A DNA stretch of 64,000 nt. It comes from Parcubacteria group bacterium GW2011_GWA2_42_14 (GTDB taxonomy: Bacteria > Patescibacteriota > Minisyncoccia > Sungbacterales > GWA2-42-14). The position numbers and the translations under genes were made by a program. The notes under the pieces were generated by a model. The model ran no database searches. It was not told where the DNA came from and saw only the letters and a list, made by a program, of their open reading frames with translations. Location of the stretch: assembly GCA_000998135.1 (NCBI GenBank), contig LCCV01000003.1:6392-70391 (forward strand), in the 5' to 3' direction. Below, in pieces: positions 56,025 to 64,000 of this stretch (within the stretch, counting starts at the first letter, position 1; every line of letters starts with the position of its first letter).

Positions 56025-57452
56025 ATGAAAGAGAAAGAAAAATATACTTCTGAACAAATCGAAAAATTTGAAACGTCAAGAACAATTTCTGACGCGGAGC
56101 TATTAAAATCCGGCGCGCGTTACGAAATTGACGGACAAACAGGGGAAAAACGGCTAATTGCGTCAGTGGAACAAACAGAACGTATTCATCAAGCGGTGGA
56201 AGATTTGCTTGCCAAGAACATTCTTAGTAAAAAAGAATTGAAAGATGTTGATTTTGATTTAACGTTTGAGGGGGAGGAGGGCGGAACCGGTTTTGAATTT
56301 GAGGTTGAAGAAGAGCAGAGGATACTGGTATCGCCTGAAAATATTGAGATTAAGGAGTGGAAGAATCATATTATTGACGTATATGATCAGTCCGGTAGGT
56401 GCCGCATCAGGGTGAAAAACGGAGAACCGCGGCTTTCCTTAAAGGTGCCGCTTTTATCGCGGGATACGGAACGCGCGAAATGCTGTGTAAGGATTGAAAT
56501 AAAGCCGCGAACTAAGGGGAAGGCGGCTATTTTTGAAAAAATGCGTGAGTTGATACTTCATGAACCGGGAACAGAAGTCCATGAAAAATGGGGAACCCCT
56601 ATTAAGACCAGGGACGGTAAGAAGATTTGGATTAATAAGGATGACCAGGGAAATTACTGGATAGAAACGGACGAGGGTGTGTCTGTGGAGGAATTATTGC
56701 CCGAAGGTGTCAGATATATAGGCCACGAAAAAAGTAAAATATCAATAGACAGGAACAGAGCCGTTGCGTCTCCTATAGAAAAATTGTCTAAGCTTAACAT
56801 AGTTCGTGGCAATGCTGAAAATTTTGAAACTTTTAAAAAGTTATTTCATGAAAATTTGGAATCAACCAGCCGGACCGCCAAGGGTTTAGTGGATGCATCC
56901 GTGAGTTCAAAAAAAGAAAAGCCGTCTATGGGAAAAGAAAAAATTACCGAATTTATGAAACAAAACGAAGAAGAAGTTATACAGTATATTTGGAATAGTC
57001 GCGATAGAGCTTATAATACTTCCGAGGAGATAAAACAATTGCTTAACGATATTATCGGAATAATAAACAAAAATATAGCATCGGAACCTTATAAATTAAG
57101 GGAATGGCCATGGCGGGATTTGCCCGCGGAAAGAATACGCGAGGAAGTGGAGCAATTTACATATGATTTATTTTCTAAGTTAGCCGGCATTGAAAGGGGC
57201 GCGGAAAAACCTTATGAAGTAGCATGCTGGGCGGAGCTTGAATATGACAGGAGAATCCACCCGCTTGTTGACGGATGCGGAAGGGTTTCAAAAGCGATTT
57301 CGGCATTTATATTATTACGCTATAAACATCCACTTCCGGACTACGGGTCGCGTGATGAGTATTATAAGGCAATGAATGATGATGAGGACTGTTTTAAAAA
57401 TTATTATCAGGGAGCGCTTCTTCGTTCAATAAACAAGGATTATCTAAAGTAA
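56025..57452 (+). CDS. Large hypothetical protein with a C-terminal Fic/Doc (Fido)-like motif (HPLVDGCGRVSK)
   Basis: ...EYDRRIHPLVDGCGRVSKAISAFILLRYKHPLP resembles the Fic core HPFx(D/E)GNGRxxR, with a Cys replacing the Asn and the trailing Arg lost. Confidence 0.45.
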   Translation: MKEKEKYTSEQIEKFETSRTISDAELLKSGARYEIDGQTGEKRLIASVEQTERIHQAVEDLLAKNILSKKELKDVDFDLTFEGEEGGTGFEFEVEEEQRILVSPENIEIKEWKNHIIDVYDQSGRCRIRVKNGEPRLSLKVPLLSRDTERAKCCVRIEIKPRTKGKAAIFEKMRELILHEPGTEVHEKWGTPIKTRDGKKIWINKDDQGNYWIETDEGVSVEELLPEGVRYIGHEKSKISIDRNRAVASPIEKLSKLNIVRGNAENFETFKKLFHENLESTSRTAKGLVDASVSSKKEKPSMGKEKITEFMKQNEEEVIQYIWNSRDRAYNTSEEIKQLLNDIIGIINKNIASEPYKLREWPWRDLPAERIREEVEQFTYDLFSKLAGIERGAEKPYEVACWAELEYDRRIHPLVDGCGRVSKAISAFILLRYKHPLPDYGSRDEYYKAMNDDEDCFKNYYQGALLRSINKDYLK

Positions 57453-58027
57453 TGAGAAAGTCCGTTAAAAAAGATTTACAATTTATAAAAAAATGTTTTG
57501 GACAGAAAAAAGACGCGTCTGGCCGGTATGTTTGGCGCCATGCGCATGATGCCGCGTTATATCTTGAAAAAATAGCCCGGAAATATAAAGAGACAGATCC
57601 TGCTATGATTGATAAACTTTATCTTGCTGTCTTGGGTCATGACCTTTTGGAAGACACCAAAGCTACTAAAAACGAAATACAAAAAAAGTGGGGTAAGGAT
57701 GTATTGAAGTATATTGAGGCCTTAACAAACAAAAAAGGCGATACCGATTTTAGCGGTTATATAAAACAATTGCGAGACGCGCGAGAGGAGGTATTACTCG
57801 TGAAATTCGCGGATATATTCAGTAATGTATCAAATTCTGTTAGATTCTTCGGTTCATTTGATTCGCATTGGATTAAGACATTCTGGCTGCCGTTACTTAA
57901 GGATTATAACCAAAATTTATTTGGCAGAAAATTCTTATTATATCCCCGGACGGCATCGGCCATGATAAAAGATATTCAGAGAGAAATTCGCAACCTTTTA
58001 AAAAATGCGATAAAAAATAAAAATTAG
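57452..58027 (+). CDS. HD-domain phosphohydrolase (SpoT/Mesh1-like small alarmone hydrolase family)
   Basis: RHAHDAALYL...LAVLGHDLLEDT...FG match the HD motif pattern of the RelA/SpoT hydrolase domain. Start and stop overlap the upstream gene (TAATG). Confidence 0.6.
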   Translation: MRKSVKKDLQFIKKCFGQKKDASGRYVWRHAHDAALYLEKIARKYKETDPAMIDKLYLAVLGHDLLEDTKATKNEIQKKWGKDVLKYIEALTNKKGDTDFSGYIKQLRDAREEVLLVKFADIFSNVSNSVRFFGSFDSHWIKTFWLPLLKDYNQNLFGRKFLLYPRTASAMIKDIQREIRNLLKNAIKNKN

Positions 58028-58241
58028 CTTTTTATAAATTAATATGTTATAATATAAATATGGAACCAGAACGCAATTATTTTAATATTAAAGGCCCTGA
58101 AGAAATTAATCGAGAAATGGTTGATGAGCTTATGGCCGGTGGTATGACTAAGGAAGAGGCCGAAAAAGAGGCGGCAAGGCGGATGGATTTGAGAAAGAGG
58201 GGAATGCGCGAAGAAGCTGATAAAAATCTATAATCAAAGAT

Positions 58242-58460
58242 ATGAAAGAACGGGTGGAAAAAGCCCTGGATGAAATTCGTCCTCTATTGGCTCGGCATCT
58301 TGGCAATGTTGAATTTGTCAATTTTGAAAATGGTGTTGTATATGTTCGCATGCTTGGTACTTGCAATGGTTGTCCGTTGTCGCGGTTAACTTTAAGGGCG
58401 GGGATTGAAGGATTACTGAAAGAAAAAGTTGAAGGAGTGGAGAGGGTAGAAGCTATATAA
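58242..58460 (+). CDS. NifU-like C-terminal domain (Nfu-type Fe-S carrier)
   Basis: IRPLLARHLGNVEFVNFENGVVYVRMLGTCNGCPLSRLTLRAGIEGLL carries the CxxC motif. Confidence 0.7.
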   Translation: MKERVEKALDEIRPLLARHLGNVEFVNFENGVVYVRMLGTCNGCPLSRLTLRAGIEGLLKEKVEGVERVEAI

Positions 58461-58640
58461 ATTCAAAATTCAAAGCATTAAATCCTAAATAATATAAAAA
58501 TTCAAAACATAAAAAGTAGGTGGTTTTGGATTTTGGCATTTGAATTTATTTGGGTCGGAAGCAAACAGTTTTGCTTCCGACGGGCGAAGTCCGGGAATTT
58601 GCCGAGAGGGCAAATTTTGTGATTTTGAAATTGGGATTTT
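58440..58640. repeat. intergenic copy (reverse orientation) of the hairpin element found inside atpG, preceded by aaattcaaa-type AT repeats
   Basis: ggaagcaaaacagttttgcttcc, cgggcgaagtccgg and aatttgccgagagggcaaatt hairpins match 46030-46095 after reverse complementing. Confidence 0.8.
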
Positions 58641-59921
58641 ATGTTTTTTGATATTGAAAAACAAAATAATATAGATAATAAAGAATACCACAATTTGAAC
58701 CAGCGTCAGGTTATTATTTTGACCATTGTTTTAACTTTTATAATTTCCGTTGCCACCACTCTGGCAACGGTTTATTATCTTTCGGATGTTTTGAAAATTA
58801 CCATTACCCCCAACATTTATCAGAATACTCTTCCGGTTCAGGAAAAAATCACTAAGGAGATTAACGAAAAAGTTTTGCGCCAGGATGAGTTGGTTGTATC
58901 AGTAGTAAAAGAAGTTTCGTCGGCGGTGGTAAGCATTATTGCCGCTAAAGATGTTCCGCTGGTTGAGCAGTATTTTATAAATCCGTTCGGTGGCGACCAG
59001 TTTTTTGATGAATTTTTCAGGCAGTTCCAGATTCCGCAGTATCGCCAAAAAGGTACGCAAAAACAGCAGGTTTCAGCGGGCACAGGTTTTATCGTTTCTT
59101 CAGACGGCCTTATTATTACCAATAAACATGTTGTTTCCGATACTTCCGCCGAATATACCGTTTTTTTCAATGACGGTTCCAATACTTCGGCAAAAGTTTT
59201 GGCTTTAGACCCATTTCAAGATTTAGCTATTTTAAAAGTTGACAAATCAAATTTGAAAATTGCTGTCTTGGGCGATTCTTCAAAAATTGATATAGGTCAG
59301 TCGGTTATAGCAATTGGAAACGCGCTGGGCGAATTTAGAAACACTGTAAGTGTTGGTATTGTTTCCGGACTTGGCAGGTCAATCATCGCTTTCGGTTCCG
59401 GTATAGGCGGGGAAGAATTGCAGGAGTTGATTCAGATTGATGCCGCGATTAATCCCGGGAATTCAGGGGGTCCCTTGTTAAATTTACGTGGAGAAGTTAT
59501 CGGTATAAACGTTGCTATGGCCCAGGGCGCGGAAAACATCGGTTTTGCCATTCCGATAAATAAAGCCAGACGTGATTTGGAAAGCGTTAAATTAAAAGGA
59601 AAAATTATTTATCCTTTTATCGGCATTCGTTACCTGACAATCAATAAAACTATCCAGGAAGATAGAAAATTATCGGTTGATTACGGGGCATTGTTGGTTG
59701 AAACCGATGATGGTCCGGCAATCGTGGCCGGAAGTCCGGCTGAAAAGGCAGGATTGAAAAACGGCGATATTATACTTTCAATAAATGGTGAGAAAATTGA
59801 GCAGGAAAAACCGCTTTCGGAAATTCTGCAAAAATATTCGGTGGGAGACGGCATAACTTTAAAAGTGTTGAGAGAAGGAAAAGAGTTTGAGGCATCACTT
59901 ATGCTTGTAGAGAGAAAGTAG
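58641..59921 (+). CDS. htrA: HtrA/DegP-family serine protease with a PDZ domain
   Basis: An N-terminal TM segment is followed by GTGFIVSSDGLIITNKHVV, DLAILKV and GNSGGPLLN, with a C-terminal PDZ. Confidence 0.9.
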   Translation: MFFDIEKQNNIDNKEYHNLNQRQVIILTIVLTFIISVATTLATVYYLSDVLKITITPNIYQNTLPVQEKITKEINEKVLRQDELVVSVVKEVSSAVVSIIAAKDVPLVEQYFINPFGGDQFFDEFFRQFQIPQYRQKGTQKQQVSAGTGFIVSSDGLIITNKHVVSDTSAEYTVFFNDGSNTSAKVLALDPFQDLAILKVDKSNLKIAVLGDSSKIDIGQSVIAIGNALGEFRNTVSVGIVSGLGRSIIAFGSGIGGEELQELIQIDAAINPGNSGGPLLNLRGEVIGINVAMAQGAENIGFAIPINKARRDLESVKLKGKIIYPFIGIRYLTINKTIQEDRKLSVDYGALLVETDDGPAIVAGSPAEKAGLKNGDIILSINGEKIEQEKPLSEILQKYSVGDGITLKVLREGKEFEASLMLVERK

Positions 59922-60070
59922 TTTAATAATTTTTAATTTTCCAATTTCCAATTTTCAATAAATTATCCAATTTCTAAATTTCCAAACACGGCGCTTCATA
60001 ATTGAAAATTAAATCATTGAAAATTGATTGAAAATTTATAATTGATAATTGAAAATTCATAAGACTGTTT
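59922..60070. repeat. AT-rich aattttc-caa / ttgaaaatt inverted and tandem repeat array between htrA and rpoB
   Basis: ttttaattttccaatttccaattttcaa ... attgaaaattaaatcattgaaaattgattgaaaattt. A similar aattttcaattttcaattttcaa array lies at 48150-48172. Confidence 0.7.
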
Positions 60071-60344
60071 ATGGGACTTATCCACAGCTATTATTACCGA
60101 CCTCTTGACAAGTTTTTAAGACCTGCTATACTTAACTCTTAGCCTTTTAAATATAAAGGAGGGCTCCCTGGCCGCTCGCAGTAATGGGTGGGCTAGGCAA
60201 AATTAGCTTGTTTTATTTGCGATTTTTAAAGAATTTCGCTCCTCTCGGGGGTTTAAAGTACTCTCAAAAAGGGCGATAATATTCGCAAAACTTAATAAAC
60301 CCTATACCACAGGGCCTATTTATTTTTTTGTGTGTCAAAATCCT

Positions 60345-60425
60345 ACAAATTACGAATTTTGCCGAATTACGAATTTGATGATTTTTCTCCATTCGTAATT
60401 CGATTTTATTCGTAATTCGTAGGGG
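60345..60425. repeat. aattacgaatt / attcgtaatt palindromic repeats upstream of rpoB
   Basis: aaattacgaattttgccgaattacgaattt ... cattcgtaattcgattttattcgtaattcgtagg. Confidence 0.7.
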
Positions 60426-60430
60426 AACAT

Positions 60431-63400
60431 TTGAAGAAGTATTTTTCCAATTATAAAATGCCTCCGTTGAACCTGCCCAACCTTTCGGCTATCCAGCTGG
60501 ATTCTTATCAGTGGTTTTTGGATAAGGGCCTGCGGGAATTGTTTGACGAAGTTTCTCCGATCAAAGGGTTTGCCGGCAAAGAATTGGCTCTGGAGCTTTC
60601 ATTAGGAGATTATTACATTGACCAGCCTAAATTTACCGAGGTTCACGCCAAAGAACATAATTTGTCATATGAAGCGCCTCTTCGCGTTAAGGTCCGTCTT
60701 GTTAACAAGAAAACTGATGAAATAAAAGAGCAGGAAATTTATTTGGGAGATTTTCCTTTAATGACGGATAGAGGAACTTTTATTGTAAACGGGGTGGAGC
60801 GTGTTATAGTTTCCCAACTTATCCGTTCTTCGGGCGTATATTTTATTCTTAATCAGATACGCGGCAAAAAATATTTCGGAGCAAAAATCATTCCTAACAG
60901 GGGCGCTTGGTTTGAATTTGAAACTGATTTTGACGGTTCCATAAACGTAAGAATTGACCGAAAAAGAAAAATTTCCGCAACCTCCATTCTTCGCATATTT
61001 GGCATGGAGAAAAACGAACAGATAATGGACGCGTTCCGAAACATAGATAACGGAGAATTCTCTTTTATAAAGAAAACGCTTGAGCGCGATTCTTCCAAAA
61101 GCAGGGATGAAGCATTTATTGAAATTTATAAGCGCATTCGTCCGGGAGAGCTTGCCGCCGTTGATAACGCGCGTTCGCTGATTGAAGCTATGTTAAGTTT
61201 TGATAGATATGATTTGGCCGGCTGGGGACGGTTTAAATTCAATCAGCGGCTGGGACTTAAGAAAAATCCCCAAAAAGAAGAAAACAGGATATTGGATCTT
61301 CAGGATATGATTGCGGTAATTTCGGAAATTATCCGTATGAATAATTTGCAGGATGTGGTTCCGGACGATATTGATCACCTGGGAAATCGCAGGGTGCGCG
61401 GCGTGGGAGAGCTTTTGCAAAACAAGCTTCGCGTGGGCATGTCCCGTCTCATAAGAATTGTAAGGGATCGCATGTCAACCATTGATGTTTATACTATGAC
61501 TCCGGCCCAGCTTATCAATGCCAGACCTTTTATCGCGTCGGTCAAAGAATTTTTTACGTCATCCCAGCTTTCACAATTCATGGACCAGGTTAACCCTTTG
61601 GCCGAACTTGAACACAGAAGGCGGCTTTCGGCTATGGGGCCAGGCGGACTTACTCGCGAAAGAGCGGGTTTTGAAGTCAGAGACGTTCATCCTTCACACT
61701 ACGGAAGAATTTGTCCTATTCAGACGCCGGAAGGACAGAATATCGGTTTGGTTGGCCATCTTGCCGGATTCGCCCGCATTAATGAATTGGGACTGATTGA
61801 AACTCCGTATAGAAAAGTAAAAAACGGAAAAATTACCGGAGAAATAGAATATTTTGACGCATCATCCGAAATTCATTTCAGCATTGCTCATGCAGGAATT
61901 AAGTATGACGAACAAGGTATGATTATTGATGAAAAAGTTGAAGCTAGAATACACGGCAGTCCCGGATTGGTTAACCGCGAAAAAATCAATTATATTGATA
62001 TTTCGCCGCAGCAATTTATAAGTGTGGCTACATCATTGATTCCGTTTCTTGAGCATGATGATGCCAACAGGGCCATGATGGGTTCAAACATGCAACGTCA
62101 GGCCGTTCCTTGCGTAAGAGCCGAAGCTCCGTTGGTTGGAACTGGTGTTGAAGAAAGGGCCGCCTGGGATTCGGGCAGAGTCATTCTTGCTGATGACGAC
62201 GGGGTCATTACTGGTGCGGATGCTTGTTCTATAACCTTGAAATCAAAAAAGGGGAAAGAATATGTTCATATTCTTAATTCTTTTTTACGAACGAACCAGT
62301 TTACCGCTATCAGCCAGAAGCCGCTGGTTAAAAAAGGAGATAATGTTAAAAAGGGCCAGGTTTTGGCCGACGGTTCGTCAACCGATAAAGGAGAGTTGGC
62401 GCTTGGAAAAAATTTGCTGGTTGCTTTTGTTTCCTGGCGGGGAGCAAATTATGAAGATGCCATAATTATTTCCGAAAAACTCGTTGAAAAAGATATTTTT
62501 ACCTCAATTCATATTGAAGACCATGCTATTGACGTCAGGGATACGAAACTCGGACCCGAGGAAACATCCCCTGATATACCCAATGTATCTGAGGAAAAAT
62601 TAAAGAATCTTGATGAAGAAGGAATCATAAGAATAGGCGCGGAAGTCCGTTCCAACGATATTTTGGTGGGAAAAATTTCTCCCAAGGGCGAATCGGATTT
62701 GACTCCTGAAGAAAAATTGCTTCGCGCTATTTTCGGCGAGAAGGCTCGTGACGTCAAAGATACTTCTTTAACTCTTTCTCACGGTAAAAGAGGACGCATT
62801 GTGGGTATAAAGATATTTTCGCGTGACAGAGGCGATAAACTGGAGTCCGGAGTCATAAAAAGAGTGCAGGTTGAAGTGGCCCAACTTAGAAAGATTATGG
62901 TAGGCGATAAGCTTGCCGGAAGACACGGAAATAAAGGCGTTATTTCAAAAATATTGCCGCCGGAAGATATGCCGTGTCTTGCCGACGGAACGCCGGTAGA
63001 TGTCATTTTAAATCCTTTGGGTGTTGCTTCGCGCATGAATATAGGACAAATTTTGGAAACCCATCTTGGATGGGCCGCTCAAAAATTGGGATATCGGGCT
63101 GTAACGCCCGCTTTTATCGGTGTTACCGAGCAGGAAATAAAAGATGAGCTTATAAAGGCGGGGCTCCCCGAAGACGGCAAAGTTGATTTGTATGACGGTT
63201 TAACCGGAGAAAAATTCCATCAAAAAGTTACGGTGGGAATGATTTATATAATGAAGCTGATTCATTTAGTTGAGGATAAGATTCACATGCGTTCCATCGG
63301 CCCTTATTCCTTGATTACCCAGCAGCCGCTTGGAGGAAAAGCGCAGTTCGGGGGCCAGCGGTTTGGAGAAATGGAGGTGTGGGCCTTGGAAGGTTACGGT

Positions 63401-63664
63401 TCCGCGCACACTTTGCAGGAAATGCTTACTATAAAATCGGATGATGTGCTTGGGAGGTCCGCAACCTATGAAGCGATAATTTCGGGAGAGAAAATCAAAA
63501 AGCCGAATTTGCCGGCATCTTTTCACGTTTTGGTAAATGAATTAAAGGGTTTGGCCTTGAATGTGCAGTTGAAAGGAATGCAGGGGGAAGGAGCCGGAAC
63601 AGGGCAGGCAAAAGAGGTGGCGGATAGAAAGGAATCAAGGGAAAGAGTGAGAATGAGAGGATAG
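60431..63664 (+). CDS. rpoB: DNA-directed RNA polymerase subunit beta
   Basis: The N- and C-terminal signatures are canonical RpoB. Length is 1077 aa. Confidence 0.97.
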   Translation: MKKYFSNYKMPPLNLPNLSAIQLDSYQWFLDKGLRELFDEVSPIKGFAGKELALELSLGDYYIDQPKFTEVHAKEHNLSYEAPLRVKVRLVNKKTDEIKEQEIYLGDFPLMTDRGTFIVNGVERVIVSQLIRSSGVYFILNQIRGKKYFGAKIIPNRGAWFEFETDFDGSINVRIDRKRKISATSILRIFGMEKNEQIMDAFRNIDNGEFSFIKKTLERDSSKSRDEAFIEIYKRIRPGELAAVDNARSLIEAMLSFDRYDLAGWGRFKFNQRLGLKKNPQKEENRILDLQDMIAVISEIIRMNNLQDVVPDDIDHLGNRRVRGVGELLQNKLRVGMSRLIRIVRDRMSTIDVYTMTPAQLINARPFIASVKEFFTSSQLSQFMDQVNPLAELEHRRRLSAMGPGGLTRERAGFEVRDVHPSHYGRICPIQTPEGQNIGLVGHLAGFARINELGLIETPYRKVKNGKITGEIEYFDASSEIHFSIAHAGIKYDEQGMIIDEKVEARIHGSPGLVNREKINYIDISPQQFISVATSLIPFLEHDDANRAMMGSNMQRQAVPCVRAEAPLVGTGVEERAAWDSGRVILADDDGVITGADACSITLKSKKGKEYVHILNSFLRTNQFTAISQKPLVKKGDNVKKGQVLADGSSTDKGELALGKNLLVAFVSWRGANYEDAIIISEKLVEKDIFTSIHIEDHAIDVRDTKLGPEETSPDIPNVSEEKLKNLDEEGIIRIGAEVRSNDILVGKISPKGESDLTPEEKLLRAIFGEKARDVKDTSLTLSHGKRGRIVGIKIFSRDRGDKLESGVIKRVQVEVAQLRKIMVGDKLAGRHGNKGVISKILPPEDMPCLADGTPVDVILNPLGVASRMNIGQILETHLGWAAQKLGYRAVTPAFIGVTEQEIKDELIKAGLPEDGKVDLYDGLTGEKFHQKVTVGMIYIMKLIHLVEDKIHMRSIGPYSLITQQPLGGKAQFGGQRFGEMEVWALEGYGSAHTLQEMLTIKSDDVLGRSATYEAIISGEKIKKPNLPASFHVLVNELKGLALNVQLKGMQGEGAGTGQAKEVADRKESRERVRMRG

Positions 63665-63886
63665 AAAGAAGATGAGGGAAAGAATGAAAACTGGATAGAT
63701 AGAAGGAAACCTTGTGCCTTTTTTCACTGCCTCCATTGTATATACGGTTTTTTGATCCTACCGCCAGTCCGAGTGAAAAAAATTCCGCAAGATTTTCTTA
63801 GAAGAAGGCATCTTGCCCGGGAAAAGGGAAAACAGGCGTTTTACATGGCGTAACCGTTGGCGTATAAATTGGCTTCTACATTATTT

Positions 63887-64000
63887 ATGGAAACTCAACG
63901 TATTCAGGATTTTGAATCAATTTCTTTAAAACTCGCCTCCCCCGAGGATATTTTGAATTGGTCGCATGGGGAAATTACGAAGCCGGAAACAATCAATTAC
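63887..64000 (+). CDS. rpoC: DNA-directed RNA polymerase subunit beta' (5' end only)
   Basis: [38 protein letters not shown] is a canonical beta' N-terminus. The gene runs off the window. Confidence 0.85.
   Translation, partial: METQRIQDFESISLKLASPEDILNWSHGEITKPETINY

Overview
The window reads as a streamlined, low-GC bacterial genome, CPR/Patescibacteria-like in style, with short housekeeping proteins such as ThrRS at 611 aa, SMC at 731 aa and RpoB at 1077 aa; the lineage assignment is an inference. Main content, in order:
- (1) Gas-vesicle gene cluster at the left edge, cut off by the window start: GvpK, GvpA/J, a GvpF/L with a J-domain-like tail, plus an HhH protein and small ORFs. It is followed immediately by an ftsZ whose product carries an extra C-terminal membrane anchor.
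- (2) About 1 kb of ORF-free, hairpin-rich sequence, then a housekeeping block: ftsB-like, miaA, thrS, dnaE, rnhB, rpmF, nusB, rnc, ftsH and smc.
- (3) A surface/secretion set: a VirB2-like pilin fused to a polyproline stalk and a Cys-rich domain, an overlapping metzincin plus S1 protease pair, and three paralogous small secreted proteins, two of which bracket a RelE-type toxin-antitoxin pair.
- (4) A cell-envelope glycan locus: Wzy-TPR, PMT-family GT, GT2, RmlD, C-methyltransferase, nucleotide-sugar dehydrogenase, Bac_transf phosphotransferase and an epimerase.
- (5) A wHTH/Cas2-like regulator bracketed by two copies of a palindromic operator-like element, next to an unknown 332-aa protein.
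- (6) A complete F1Fo ATP synthase operon interrupted by at least four selfish-type genes: NYN, a frameshifted NUDIX, a GxxExxY PD-(D/E)XK protein, and a GIY-YIG gene with 28-bp terminal inverted repeats. In-frame repeat insertions also sit inside atpA and atpG.
- (7) An Fe-S and redox block (iscS, iscU-like, ferredoxin, Nfu-like, SOD), a Fic-like protein translationally coupled to an HD (SpoT-like) hydrolase, htrA, rpoB and the start of rpoC.
- Throughout the window there are unusual 7-nt-periodic tandem or palindromic repeats at gene boundaries and in-frame inside genes.
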